NCBI RefSeq assembly: GCF_006345805.1
Contig: NC_043006.1
Coordinates: 37,510,001-37,574,000, forward strand
Direction: 5' to 3'
Origin: Octopus sinensis
Taxonomy: Eukaryota
DNA length: 64,000 nucleotides
Part shown: positions 40,765-54,175 of the stretch, piece after piece
Layout: each line of letters opens with the position of its first letter
Position numbering within the stretch: position 1 is the stretch's first letter
The notes under the pieces: generated by a model
What the model was told of the DNA's origin: nothing
Databases searched by the model: none
Seen by the model: the letters and a program-made list of their open reading frames with translations, nothing else
Made by a program: the position numbers and the translations under genes

Positions 40765-41060
40765 ATATATATATATATATATTATAATATATATATATAT
40801 TTAACATACTTATGTATTGTCTTCTATATCATCTGTATGACTGAAACACATTAATGGGTTTACAATATGAATGGTGAGGAACTATAACCTCAGACTCTGC
40901 CACGAGAATACACAGAGTTCTTTACTAATCTAAACAATATTGTTAGCCTGGTATAATAACAGAGAGCTTATGAAATATTTTGTCCAGATTAATAACCCCT
41001 CACTTTAGCTCTGTTATATATATATATATATGTGGTGTGTGTGTGTGTGTGTGTGTGTGT

Positions 41061-41096
<36 letters not shown>

Positions 41097-41460
41097 TGTG
41101 TGTGTGGATGTGTGAGTGGATGCATTTGGATCTGTATTCAGAGAGAATTGAAGAATAAGCATAAAAAATTAATCCACGTAAGTTAAGAACTCAATGACAG
41201 GTCGTTAAACTCCATCACTTTATTCCATATCTTTAAATTCAATGAAACACCTGTTGAGCAGAATTAAGGTATGAATTGAACGTGAAATTTCTTATTTCCT
41301 GCTATAATGAAATAAATGCATATATATTTGGTGGAATTACTGGGAATTACAAATATAGGGGAGAAAATCGCGTCTAAGTTTATTCTTATGTTGAAAAATC
41401 ATTATCAAAGAGTGGAAAGAGCATACAAGCATTTCCATATAATTCGTTTATTAAAGTCAA

Positions 41461-41516
41461 TTATAGCCGTGGGTAGTACCGTTTCATCCTCATTCGAACT
41501 CTTCAGCGCGACATAA
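41461..41516 (-). ncRNA. Type-I hammerhead motif with interrupted stem I
   Basis: Minus strand UUAUGUCGCG-CUGAAGA-GUUC-GAAUGA-GGAU-GAAA-CGG-UA-CUACCCACGGCUAUAA. Confidence 0.55.
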
Positions 41517-41872
41517 CTAATGATTTTAAAATTAGTTAATTTAAAATCATTCAAAATTAAATCCAGCTATTTTTATTTACTGTATGAGTGTGTGCGCACG
41601 CGCGTGCGCGTATTTTCAAGGATACATGTCCCCGTTCACATCGGGTATGTGATAGTGTAATGCACGCTCACACACCACGATACTTTAGAAAACAAGGGTC
41701 GGAAGGCAACTACCAAGAAAGGGAGATTTGTTGGTACACATGTACACACATTTACCCACACACAAGCATCATTACAGATAAAAGTACACATGCATACATT
41801 GACGCACACATATACACGCACACACATGCATACGTACACACACACATATATATATATATATATACACATACG

Positions 41873-41981
<109 letters not shown>

Positions 41982-42100
41982 GTGCCATACTGCACCTCGT
42001 GTGTGTCCGTATTGGTACACTCAAGTTCCCGTGTGAACACTCTTAGACACGCACAAACCTATTCATACATGAACAGTCAGTAAAATGCGCGCGTGTATAA

Positions 42101-42146
<46 letters not shown>

Positions 42147-42151
<5 letters not shown>

Positions 42152-43357
42152 CTTTATTCACCATAAGGTTAAGAAAAAGAGGGGACAAAACAAACGTTGG
42201 GGTCGGGGTATCGAATGAGATGAAACGTATGAATAAACAAACAATTAAAATATATACAATTAAATGAGAATGAGTGAATAACAAAAAAATGAAGCGGAGG
42301 ACGCGGTTGACCCCACAAACCACATACTCACACTGAAGACTTTGCTTTCTCCTTTTTTACATTCTTGATTAAACAGGTTCTTTCACTCGCAACATACTTG
42401 CTATAGACTTCCATCTTTTACGAAACACACTTTGCGACAGGCATTTCTTCTCCAGCCTTATTTTCCGTTTCATGTGGAAAACGAAAAAGTCGATTAGCTC
42501 GAGACTGGAGATAAACATGCCTGTTGCAATTCCTTTTACTCTCGTCTTCCATACTACTTCTTTCGCCATAGCAACACGAGAGAAAACAGGCTCGCTCTCC
42601 CTATTCAGGGAGGTCGGCGGAACTATCTTAATTACAGATTCGCTCGACAGTTGTACTCTTCTCGAATGCGATACCAGGTGTTCGACATAAGCCCAGAGTT
42701 CAGTCACCTTGGGGCATTGCACAATCGCGTGCAGGACAGTTTTACTGTCCCTCTCACGTCTTGCACAAACCGGCGAAGGTGCACACCTATGTCTAAAGAG
42801 CTTATCTCGAACCGGTAAAGCTCCCCTGTAACATTGCCAGGCCAGGGACTTTTGGTAATTATCCATAGGCCCCGGACCGAATGTTCTTTGAAACAGGCTG
42901 GCCAATTGATTTTCGTCGAAGCCCAGAGTTTCTCCCAGGACGCCATCACACTTAAACTCTACTAACCCTCTATAAAAGAACGAGGTAGTACCCCCGCCAC
43001 CGGCATTGCCCGACTGGGAGAGAAGCACGAGTGCCTGATGGCACTCTACATGCCACACGCCCAACCTCGGTCTACACTTGATCCATGGGTTCAGTTCTTT
43101 AAACGATGTGAACTGTGGAAATAACAGCTTGACGAACGGAGACCAAACCTGCTCACCGTCCAGGTAAAGCCAGAGGTGCCTAAGCCTGAGCGCATGTCTG
43201 CGCATTTTTAGCCACGGCATCCCTAACCCTCCCTTCTGTGGTTTTTGGCAGCAAATAGAGCGCCTTACAAGAAGTCTGCTGTCCCTCCACAAAAAGCGAA
43301 AGAGCATGCGTTCCAGTTTGTTCAGCCACGAATCGGGGCAAGGCACGACGGTCAGGC
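42147..43357 (-). mobile_element. 5'-truncated Tx1/L1-clade LINE (ORF2 C-terminus with zf-RVT-like region) inserted in (TC)n
   Basis: Open 325-aa frame (stop at 42369) with KGGLGMP, KSLAWQCYRGALPVRDKL and C..R.RDSKTVLHAIVQCP; 3' UTR ends aataaagaaata-(TC)n; (GA)n on both flanks. Confidence 0.9.
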
Positions 43358-44085
43358 GAGAGAGCGAGAGAGAGCGAGAGAGAGAGACTATGTATACTGA
43401 AAATATTCCAGTTTATGTGAAATGGGTAGGGCTTAAGTGGACTTTATTTATGGAACGAAATAGAGTAAGATGTATCGCATGCACCTAGGTGTCGAAGCCG
43501 TGAGTAACGCTAAAAGGTTACTTAGAGCAGTTACAAAGGAGTACAAATGAAAATGTAGTAACAAACGAAAACTGCACTCCATATCACTTACAGTTCGCAA
43601 ACCTAGCTTTCATAGATTCTTTGATGTTAAGGATCATAATGAAAAGAAATCAATATGGCTTCTAACTGATTATACTTAGAGGTTTTCATTGGTCAGCTCA
43701 GCTCAGGTGAGGATATTGACAGTACAGTGGTCTGCAATCTGTGGGATTTGGAAACTTAACGTTATTAGAAAGAGAATGGAATGTGTATGCATGCTTACTG
43801 TTCATTGTAGCAATGCAACCAACCTGGTGCTATCAAGTTACTAATAAATGTGTCAGCGAAATTCGATGTAAAAGTGCACCTATTGTATAAGATTGCTCGG
43901 TTAGATTTTGCATAACTGCTCTTAGTGTAATTATAGCTGGGTGGTAGCACTGTTATGTCACTAGAAACACTATGAACAAATAGTTACATCGTCAAGGAGG
44001 CTTTCCTTCGAAACCAGATTAGTACCGTATCCCGAAATTCTGCTATCATAAACTAGAACTATCAAGAATAAAGTGTCCTGTAGAT

Positions 44086-44400
44086 TCTCTTTTACTCTTT
44101 TACTTGTTTCAGTCATTTGACGGTGGCCATGCTGGAGCACCGCCTTTAGTCGAGAAAATTGATCTCTTTTGCCGAACCGCTAAGTGACGGTGACGTAAAC
44201 ACACCAGCATCTGTTGTCAAGCGATGTTGGGGGGACAAATACAGATACACAAACATATACACACATGTACACATATATATATACATATATACGACGGGCT
44301 TCTTTCAGTTTCCGTCTACCAAATCCACTCACAATGCTTTGATCGGCTCGAGGCTATAGTAGAAGACACTTTCCCGGAGCCATGTGGTTGGTAAGCAAGT
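44086..44400 (-). mobile_element. SINE family A (deleted copy)
   Basis: Homology to other family A copies. Confidence 0.85.
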
Positions 44401-44796
44401 TTGATATCGTGTATTTCTAAACTTCTATTTAGCCCCATCATTCGCAACGATGCAAATGGATTGTGTCCCATAAACTGGACCCTATTCTGGAACACATTGG
44501 AACGATAATAAAAAAAAACTCTTAGCATGACTAGAACAAATTCCAAGGGGGGATGCCCATTGATGCTACGCCGAGATATGTACTTGCCCATGAAAATTTA
44601 GAAAAGAGCTATATGACACGAAGCTTTAAATCAAACAACAGGGAAAAAAGGCAGATAGCTCCTCATTTACGAAAATACCCTACACTGGCAACAGCAAGAA
44701 GTGCCGTTGGTGCAGCAGCAAGCCACGTATAAACTATAGAATTCGAAACGTTGAGTACGATAAAAGATGCATGGAAAGACACTATAGGGATCGTGA

Positions 44797-45173
44797 CTCT
44801 CCGTCGGTTACGACGACGAGTGTTCCAGTTGAACCGATTAACGGAACAGCCTGCTCGTGAAATTAACGTGTAAGTGGCTGAGTGCTCCACAGACACGTGT
44901 ACCCTTAACGTAGTTCTCGGAGAGATTTGGCGTAGCACAAAGTGTGACGAGGCTGGCCCTTTGAAATACAGGTATAACAGAAACAGGAAGAAAGAGTGAG
45001 AGAAAGTTGTGATGAAAGAATACAGCAGGGTTCGCCACCACCCTCTGCCGGAGCCTTGTGGAGTTTTAGGTGTTTTCGCTCAATAAACACTCACAACGTC
45101 CGGTCTGGGAACAGAAATCGTAATCCTATGACCGCAAGTCCGCTGCCCTAATCACTGGGCCAGTGCGCCTCCA
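44797..45173 (-). mobile_element. SINE family C head joined to family-D-type tail
   Basis: Head tggaggcgcactggcccagtg as in 53617 and 58664; tail gtatttcaaagggccagcc...ctcgtcgtcgtaaccgacggag as in family D. Confidence 0.85.
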
Positions 45174-45696
45174 CTACTGTAGGGAAACCACTACAACCTA
45201 CATAGAAGAATCAGTTCACAGTTTATACACGTATGCAAGGACGGAGAACACTAACGTGAATACACTGGGAGGAAACAAATATCTGTACTCCATCATATAT
45301 GTGTGTGTATGTGTGCGTGTCTGTCTGTAAGTGTACGTGTGTCAGTGTATAGGTGTGTGTGGGTGTGAGGGCGTATGGCATAGTGGTTTCGACCGTGTGG
45401 TGCGCTGTTTCTTGATAAAAACACTCAATGTCACGTCGCTCGTGATCACTTTGACAATAGGTGTAAGATACACAGTGCACCCGTTCAGGTAACGTCCATT
45501 TCATGCAGGGGGTGAGCTAATGCACAAAACATACATTTGATCACTATAAACAAATTATTTGTGCCGAGAGTTCAGCAAAACATTGCAGATTCGTTTTTCT
45601 CAGACATCACATGGTACTACCATCCATCCATCCATTTGTGTGTGTATGTGTGTGTGTGTGTACACATACACACACACACACATACAAACATACTTG

Positions 45697-45728
<32 letters not shown>

Positions 45729-45839
45729 CATATACATACATATGTGTGTGTGTGTGTGTGTGTGAATTCTTACCGACAGGTACATATGGCCTTATGTACC
45801 TGTTCTTGAGAAGTTCAAAATCTTTCATTCTTACCTATA

Positions 45840-45924
45840 TTCACTTGATAAAAACGGTTTTTGCATGATGTCATATTTCTGCTCATCAATAAAAAAAAAA
45901 CATGTTTGAAACAGCTGTAGTGAA
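45840..45924 (+). ncRNA. Type-I hammerhead motif with UUGAUAA (U3:A8) core and long stem II
   Basis: UUCAC-UUGAUAA-AAACG...UGUUU-GAAA-C-AGCU-G-UA-GUGAA; 5-bp stem I. Confidence 0.7.
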
Positions 45925-46506
45925 CTACAATCCATCTCTTGTTATTTGTTTATCTAAATATTATACACATACGCACACATACAATGGATATTGTTACATT
46001 TTACTTCTACTAAATCCCAATCACAACAAGGCAAGGCACTGGGCAGCACAAGTTTTCAGTAAAAGAGACGTACCTAAGGTATCAAGAATGCGTAAGGTTT
46101 ACTTGCCTAAGGTTGCAGTAAAAGAGGCTTGCGCAGTTATCGCGATGGATCCCGGAACCAAATGGTTTAGAATAGGGATGGTTAACCATACAGCTACTTT
46201 ATTCGTTGCTACGAGTTCATTGATCCCAATTCTCCTCCAGCGTTGGTTGCCACCATAAAAGCCGAATGGAATCGCCAGCCTCGGCAATGATTTATATCTG
46301 TTACCAGCCACTTGTATACATGAATACTTACATAACATTGAAAGAGGTTTTTGCAGCAGCTGTGTTAATTTGACATCAGAAAGCAGATATATAAACAAGC
46401 AGAGACCTCTAAAATTGCGACTTCCCACGTTCCAGCCTTATGTACGAAGGGATATAGATGCATGTGTGCATATGTACATGTTTGTATATATATATATACA
46501 TATATA

Positions 46507-46537
<31 letters not shown>

Positions 46538-46633
46538 CATACGTATAAGGAATTTCTCAAAGCGTTTACCGTTTTACTCACAGTTTTCAAAAATTCATAT
46601 ATACATATGTGTGTGTGTTTGTGCGTAATGTAT

Positions 46634-46689
<56 letters not shown>

Positions 46690-46897
46690 CATATACATAT
46701 ATATACATATATATACATATATATACATATACACACACACACATATTAACATACATATAATGCGAACTCTCTTTCAAGTTTGCGCAATATGCATATGTAA
46801 TTCAAATATTGATATGACACAGAAGATCTATACAGGGAATAGGGTGTGCACATACATTCGCGCACACACAAACACACTCACACACACAGATAGATAT

Positions 46898-47017
<120 letters not shown>

Positions 47018-47640
47018 TTAGGTCCATTCATATATACTCTATTGTATATTTAATTGCATAAAAGTGAATCATATATTGAAAAATTCACAAGAAATCTCAT
47101 ACAAAAACTGAATTACGTATGTCCACACATACATACAAAGGCATACACACATACATAGATACTTACATACATATATACATACATGCACATATGCATATAA
47201 TAGATATATACATACACACATGCATACAAGCTTGTCTGTGTCACTAAGAAGCTCACTTTGCAACCACGTGACTTCGGACTTAGTCCCACTACGCGGTATT
47301 TTGGGGAGTCTTTTACTCACCTAGATTGACCAATGCTTTGTGAGTGAATTTGACAGATGGAAAATGTGTGGAAGCCCGTCATAGATAGATAGATTTGCGT
47401 ATATGTGTATATATATATATATAATATATATATAATATATGTATGTATGTATATATATATGTATATATACATATATATTTGTATATGTAGATATGTATTT
47501 ATATATATATTATAAAATAAAATAAGAATAGGAAAATTACATCAAAAAATCATCACAGATGATATATATCCAAAATAATATTGTATTAATAGATAGATGT
47601 ATAAATATATAAAGTATGATTATTTAAAAAGTTTAAAATA

Positions 47641-47728
47641 TCTTACGATCGTTTCGTGAATGTATTGCCCTTAGAAATGGAATCTAAATTTGATATTCAT
47701 TATTAGGTAATACATTCACTCATCAGAG
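47641..47728 (-). ncRNA. Type-I hammerhead motif with long stem II, stem I clipped at Helitron junction
   Basis: Minus strand CU-CUGAUGA-GUGAAUGUAUU...AAUACAUUCAC-GAAA-C-GAUC-G-UA-AG; 11-bp perfect stem II. Confidence 0.75.
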
Positions 47729-49185
47729 TGGGTTGTAGGCTGACCAGTCTGTAGGAGTGATCTCATGTTAATGGTGAGTTGTTTCGATTGGACATGCGAC
47801 AAAGGAGGAATTTTTAAGGCAGGCATTAAGTTCATCAGCGGGTGTTCCTTTGAGTATAATAGGTAGAGTTTGTCGAAAATCTCCTGCAAGAAGTAGAGTC
47901 GCACCTCCAAGCATGTTGTTGTTTGACCTAAAGTCTCTCATTGTGGTATCAAATGCTTGTAGGGAACATTTATGGGACATAGTTGCTTCATCCCAATCAA
48001 TGAGTTTGCACTTTTTCAAAACTGTCGCTTCGTCCGAGGAATGCATTATGTACCACGTAGGGTTTCTTGATGTGCTACATTGAAAGGCAATTTGAAGGTA
48101 GAGTGTGTTGTTCGTCTGCTGCCGAGAAGAGTCGAGGCTATTCCTGAGGGGGCAACAGCAATAGCAAGGTCACCATTATGCCGCAACTTCGCAAGAAGAT
48201 TCAGAAGGAACGTTTTTCCAGTTCCAACGGATGCAACTAAGAAGCTGATTCCGCCAGTGTTTGTGTAGATGTTTCCGAGGACGAAATTGTATACGTCAGC
48301 TTGATCGGAATTTAGAAGGGGCTCGTTGTCAGCAATGGACTGTTTGAGTTTGTGGATATTGTAGGATGTTTCTCTGAGAATGTGGCGATGGAGACAGACG
48401 TCTTTATTTCTGTCTGGAGTGTTGAGAGAATAAGCGTCCAATCGTTGACCTCCAATTGCTACAACCAAATCTTCCAAGAGAAGAATCCCTCCGTTGTAAA
48501 TGGCAGGAATAGTGGGAGTGTCAACGCTACCTGTGATTTGGCGAGTCTGCAACAAAATGACATGGCACATTGAGTCTTAGTATTTATTCCAAAGTGTGTG
48601 TGTGTCTGTCAGGTTGCAGAAAACCAGGATTATTGCGAAGCTTGTATGGAGAACGACACAGAGAGGCCTCTTCAAGTGCATTATCATATTGGTCCTCTGT
48701 ATCCGTTTGAAGCAGGCATCTTTGAAAGTGCCACATAAGTTGCCGTCCACTGTGCGAAGGTCGTCGAAGGAGTTTGGCATGAAGTAAAAGCTTCAGATGG
48801 AAGCTTTCGCAGTTCAGAGGGTGAATTGTGTTGACTGCGTAGGCCGGCCTTGTTTTCGTCATTGAATTCTACGTTGATGTGTGCATGAAATGTTTTGAAG
48901 AGCTTCTTGTTGTAGGGGATGATCCACCGATTGTCAACCAAAAATTCCTGGTTATGACCTTTTTCGATGATTATTGCGTAAGGGAGAAAATCAATTTCTG
49001 ACTGTTACTTCGCAAAATACAGACCTTTTGACGCTAGAAGCCCCATTACTCCTTATTACAGCATAAGTGAAAACTCTAAATAGTGTAGAGCTATCTGTGG
49101 AACATAAGTGATGTATTAGCCAAGCGTGAACGAAATCGGATGAAAAATATTGATTTTGCGCGGGATCAGCGTAATGGTCGGTCAC

Positions 49186-49216
<31 letters not shown>

Positions 49217-49236
49217 TCTTTCTTATATATTATAGA
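47729..49236 (-). mobile_element. Helitron remnant: 5' terminus plus disrupted Rep/PIF1-like helicase
   Basis: VDNRWIIPYN..L.KTFHAHINVE, GTGKTFLLNLL, AVAPSGIASTLL..RTTHSTFKLP, IDWDEATMSHK and LLAGDFRQTLPII across frameshifts; minus-strand 5' end A|TCTATAATATATAAG at 49236. Confidence 0.9.
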
Positions 49237-49957
49237 TAATCAAAACTCCATATGCAGTATGAAATCCATTGAAGTGAACTGAGGATTTACCTGTCGAGTG
49301 AAGTGTGTGTAATTATTTATCTTGAACACTTCGATATGTTCTCTATCACTCGATGTGGTTAGCCAGATCTGGATTGTATCAGAGTTTGTATAAGGTACCT
49401 GCCGCAATTCTAAATCCCTATTCCTTTATTCACACACACACACACACACACGCACACATGATTGGCACCTATACAGTTTCAGTGTACCAAATTCACTCAC
49501 AAGGCATTGGCCTACCCGGGGCTATAGTAGCAATTACTCGTGCAGTAGAATTGAACCCGGGTCCATATGAGTGCAGAGTGAGCTTCTCAACCACACAACT
49601 GTGTCTGGGCCTATGTTCTTTAAAAATTTTTAAGAACAGTCACAGTTCATGTGGAGCAGCTTAATGGAAAAAAAATATTTAGGTTAGCTTTTTTACTGCT
49701 CCCTGCAAAAAACATGCTAACACTAGTTTAATTGAATTGTCTATTGGCCAGCTTCTACAGAAGCTTCGCCATGCTGAATAAATAAATAGCGTTCATCTGA
49801 GAAAGACAATGTTTTCAGTTTTCTCTTTCACTCTCTTTCTCTCTGACTTTCTCTTCTCCTTCTCCTTCTCTCTGTCTTTCTCTTAGAAAATTCAAACTTG
49901 TATTATATGATACCTAACTCAGTATTATCAAAATAAATCAAAATATAGAGGTTAGTT

Positions 49958-50024
<67 letters not shown>

Positions 50025-50207
50025 AAGTAGTAGCAGCAGCAGCAGTAATGTGTGTATACACAAACACACATACACACACACATATATATATACATACACT
50101 CATATATACACATATATATATACATATATATATATACATTTTATATATATGTATATATATCTACATTATATATATATACACACTTACATACAGACATACA
50201 TACAGAC

Positions 50208-50281
<74 letters not shown>

Positions 50282-50821
50282 GTGTGTGTGTGTATATACA
50301 CACATCGGAAACTCTTTAGTTGAAAGCATATTTGCCAAAAGACAAATTATTGCAAAACATATTCGTAGAAAAACAAAATTTTCTTGAAATTAATGTCGAC
50401 TTCAATTGATAAGAAAAAATTATTAATTTATTTGAAATAAAAGTACTTTCCATTTATATGAAAATTTATGTAATGATAAGAAAAATTCGCTTAGCTGTAA
50501 AAAGTTCCTGGCATTTTCTTGAAAATTTTGTTTCGTTCGTGTTTCGGGTGCTATTTCCGAGGGCGCATGGTTAGAGGCAATCAGCTTACTACCCCCTCTT
50601 TCTCTTTCTCTTTTACTTGTTTCAGTCATTTGACTGCGGCCATGCTGGAGCACCGCCTTTAGTCGAGCAAATCGACCCCCAGGACTTATTCTTTGTAAGC
50701 CTAGTACTTATGCTATCGGTATATAATGCAAAAATGCCCTGCAGACGGCACCAGTCAATAAAATGAAAATAATTTTTTTTTAATCTATTCTTTCTGTGCG
50801 GCCCGGTACAGAAAAGGAATT

Positions 50822-51201
50822 CTCTTTTAATCTCTTTTACACGATTCAGTCATTTGATTGCGGCCATGCTAGAGCACCGCCTTTGGTCGAACAAATAGAT
50901 CCCAGGACTTATTCTTTGTAAGCTAAGTACTTATTCCATCCGTCCCTTTTGCCGAACCGCTAAGTTACGGGCACGTAAACACATCACCAACTGTTGTCAA
51001 GCGATAGTGGGGGACAAACACAGACACACAAACATATACACACACGATGGGTTTCTTTCAGTTTCTGTCTACCAAATCCACCCACAAGGCTTCGGTCGGG
51101 CCGAGGCTATTGTAGAAGACACTTGCCCAAAATGCCAAGTAGTGGGACTGAACCCGGAACCCGTGTGGTTGGAAAGCTAGCTTCTTACCATACAGCCACA
51201 C
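50822..51201 (-). mobile_element. SINE family A
   Basis: Homology; an extra tail fragment lies at 50605-50720. Confidence 0.85.
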
Positions 51202-51634
51202 CTGGAGCAATGTAAAATGAAGTGTTTTCTTCAAGAAAACAACGCACTACTTGACCCGAAAATCGAAACCAGAATCTTACAGTCGTGAATGCATCACCCT
51301 AACCATTAGTCCACGCGCCTGAAAATCTATTCCCCGTGAGCCAATATTTAGTCAACAGAGACAAGGTTGTTTTGTTGGTAAAGTCGTTTACACGGATGGG
51401 TGAATATTTAATAGAAGAATTATCGCACCGTTTGTTTGCACTCTCTAATTATCATTTACGATCTGTAAATAACTTGCTTGCATTCTTGTTTATTTTGAAT
51501 TCTGCTTATTTAAAACAATAAACTGTTTCAAATATTAATAGATACTTTTCGTTCTTTTTTAGGGGAGTGGGGTATAATAACATATGTGTGTGTGTAATAT
51601 GAGTGTATACATTTGTGTACATATATATATATGG

Positions 51635-51785
51635 ATAGAGGTCCATCTTTCTGAGTTCTTTTACAGAGTTTAGAAAAACTGAAGGACCGCTGCAATACGT
51701 ATGTGAATCTGAGAGGGGAATGTGTTGAATAAAATCATAATTAACTGATCCTCCTGTATTTTCTTTTACTCAAAGCCAGGAACTA
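51635..51785 (+). mobile_element. mariner 3' end remnant
   Basis: LEKLKDRCNTYVNLRGECVE* followed by partial TIR; homolog of 29935-30150. Confidence 0.75.
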
Positions 51786-51798
51786 CCATGTGTGTGTG

Positions 51799-51831
<33 letters not shown>

Positions 51832-51836
51832 ATTTA

Positions 51837-52700
51837 CAGACATGACAGAAGTAAACAGACGTCCTTATAATCATTAAAATGTATTTAAATCTGAAATTAT
51901 ACATTCAAATTGCTTATTAATCATTATAATGTGAATATTTAATACTTGGTAGACCTTTTTCAGTAGAGGAACCCTATAAGGCATGTTGCTGATCAGATGA
52001 CCAATATTCTCTTGCGGAATTCCTTGCCAAGTTTCGAGGATGCTTTCTGGTTCTTTTTACGAAGTGTCCTGTCCATTATGCCCCAGATGTGTTCAATAGG
52101 GTTCATATCTTGTGACTGGCTGGGCCATGGAAGTTTTTTAATGTCATTCTTTTCCAACCAAGCATGGGTCTTTTTAGCCGCGTGACAAGGAGCTCCGTCT
52201 TCCATAAGCAGTATTCTTTAATCATTTCACAATTGGAGAAGATTAGAAGGAGTCCTTTATGCAATATGGACATATTTATCTGAGTTTGTTTCCCTTACAC
52301 TCCACCAGCTCTGATAAACCATTGCTCCAATTGCTCCTCAGATCATCAAAGAATAGCTGCCATGTTTTATTATTGGCTGCAATCTTTTCATATCAAATTC
52401 TTGATCACAGAGTCTCCAGACCCGCACTCGACCACTGTCAGAATATACAGCAAATCTGGACTCATCAGAGAATAGGACAGCGTCCCAAAATGCTAGTGGT
52501 CTCTCCACCATCTCAGAGGTCCAATTTTTTCTCCGCTTGATGTTGGATAGTCGAAGAAGTGGCTTCCTTCATGCTGCTCTGCCATAGTAACCAAGTTTGT
52601 GGAGATACCTGACAGCTGTTCTGGTACTGACATCAACTTGTTCTGCTATGTCAGAGGCCTCCACACTTTCCTTAACAAAGAGAAGGGTCCTGTCAGAGCG
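51837..52700 (-). mobile_element. Tc1-family transposon remnant (DD34E)
   Basis: VLFSDESRF, EDGAPCHAAK and LPWPSQSQDMNPIEHIWGIMDR; TIR cagacatgacagaagtaaacagacg preceded by TA. Confidence 0.9.
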
Positions 52701-52903
52701 CCCTGGTTAATATGACCAAAAGAAATTATGCTGAGAAAACAATACTAGTCAATGACTAATATTTCTTATATTTCGACACATTCGGCGGACAATTCTTGAC
52801 ATGTTTCGGCCTAATTATGATCTCTTCAACATAGTGTTTACCGAAGTAGTATGGCAAAAAGTACTGATTGAATGTACAAGACTGTACATTGAGTAGTATA
52901 TAA

Positions 52904-53202
52904 CAGTGGTTCTCAACCATTTTTTATCTGCTGGACCCCCATAGCCATTCGATTTTTAAAACTAGACTTATAAATACTTTTTGCAAAATTTCTGTTTTGC
53001 TGTTCAGACACTAACATATGTAGGTTAAACTATTTGAAATATTAGAGAAAAAAACCTAGCTGTTTCTTGCAATAAATACATCTAGAGATGGACCTTTAAA
53101 ATACTACTGTGTGTTCTCAGTTTACTATTTTGCTTGCGTGGCCACCCAAAAAATCTTATGTGAAACCCCAGGTGTCATATAAGCCAAAGTTGAGAACTAC
53201 TG
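52904..53202. mobile_element. hAT (Charlie-like) MITE
   Basis: TIRs cagtggttctcaac / gttgagaactactg; related end at ~2035-2071. Confidence 0.75.
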
Positions 53203-53540
53203 GTACAGAGAAACAAATTTTTACAGTATGGATAACCCAGATAGACTAGTCACATGAAAAGCAATTATCGCGTCAACATACTTAATAATTGGAGTATAAA
53301 CTGTGCGAAGAAAAACAATATTAATCAATGATTAATATCTATAATATTATTCTGTTCTGATCTTCGTACGTAACATTTAAGCTATACAATTATACGAAAG
53401 ATATTATCTGTTATACGTAAAACATTTATATTATTCGTAAAACAAATGACTGATAAATAAGAATGTTATAGTAAGTGATATATATGTATGTGTATGTATA
53501 TATGTATATATATATATGTGTGTGTGTGTATTTATATATG

Positions 53541-53576
<36 letters not shown>

Positions 53577-53616
53577 GTGTATGTGTGTGCGTGTGTATGT
53601 ATGTGTGTGTGTGTGT

Positions 53617-53924
53617 GGAGGTGCAATGGCCCAGTGGTTAGGGCAGCGGACTCGCGGTTGTAGGATCGCGGTTTCGATTACCAGACCGGGCGTTGTGAGT
53701 GTTTATTGAGGGAAAACACCTAAAGCTCCACAAGGCTCCGGCAGGGGGTGGTGGCGATCCCTGCTGTACTCTTTCGCCACACCTTTCTCTCACTCTTTCT
53801 TCTGTTGGCCTGCTCGCTTAGCCAGCAGGGTGGCGTTATTTGAAGGCTAAAACAATGCGAAGCGCATTGTGACCAGTGATGTGTAGCAGCATCTGATAGC
53901 CCAGTCGGTCACAGTGACGGTGAT
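53617..53924 (+). mobile_element. tRNA-derived SINE family C
   Basis: A box tggcccagtggttagg and B box ggtttcgatt; near-identical to 58664-58962. Confidence 0.9.
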
Positions 53925-53930
53925 ATATAT

Positions 53931-54175
53931 AAAACAGAACAAATCTGTGTACATAAAGGAATGTACATAAAAAAGTGTACATAAAAGAGTAATGTTGTAT
54001 AATAAGTAGAATATATATAAAAAAGAGAATATAAATATAAGTAAACTTATATTTATATTTACTTATATTTATATTCTCTTTTTTATATATATATTCTACT
54101 TATTATACAACATTACTCCTTTATGTACACTTTTTTATGTACATTCCTTTATGTACACTGATTTGTTCTGCTTTT
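53931..54175. repeat. Near-perfect ~245-bp palindrome
   Basis: Arms 53931-54045 and 54058-54175 are reverse complements; 12-nt spacer cttatatttata. Confidence 0.9.

Noticed and set aside
43420-45504. Weak peptide echo KWTL..RV.C...T between ORFs at 43306+ and 45223-
   Set aside because: Too short, stop-interrupted and not convincingly homologous at DNA level
49278-49385. CUGAGGA followed by long hairpin (tcgagtga/tcactcga)
   Set aside because: No GAAA/NUH after the hairpin
52795-52832. Minus-strand UUGAAGA-GAUC..GGCC-GAAAC-AUG-UC motif
   Set aside because: Stem I absent and stem II mismatched; too degraded to call
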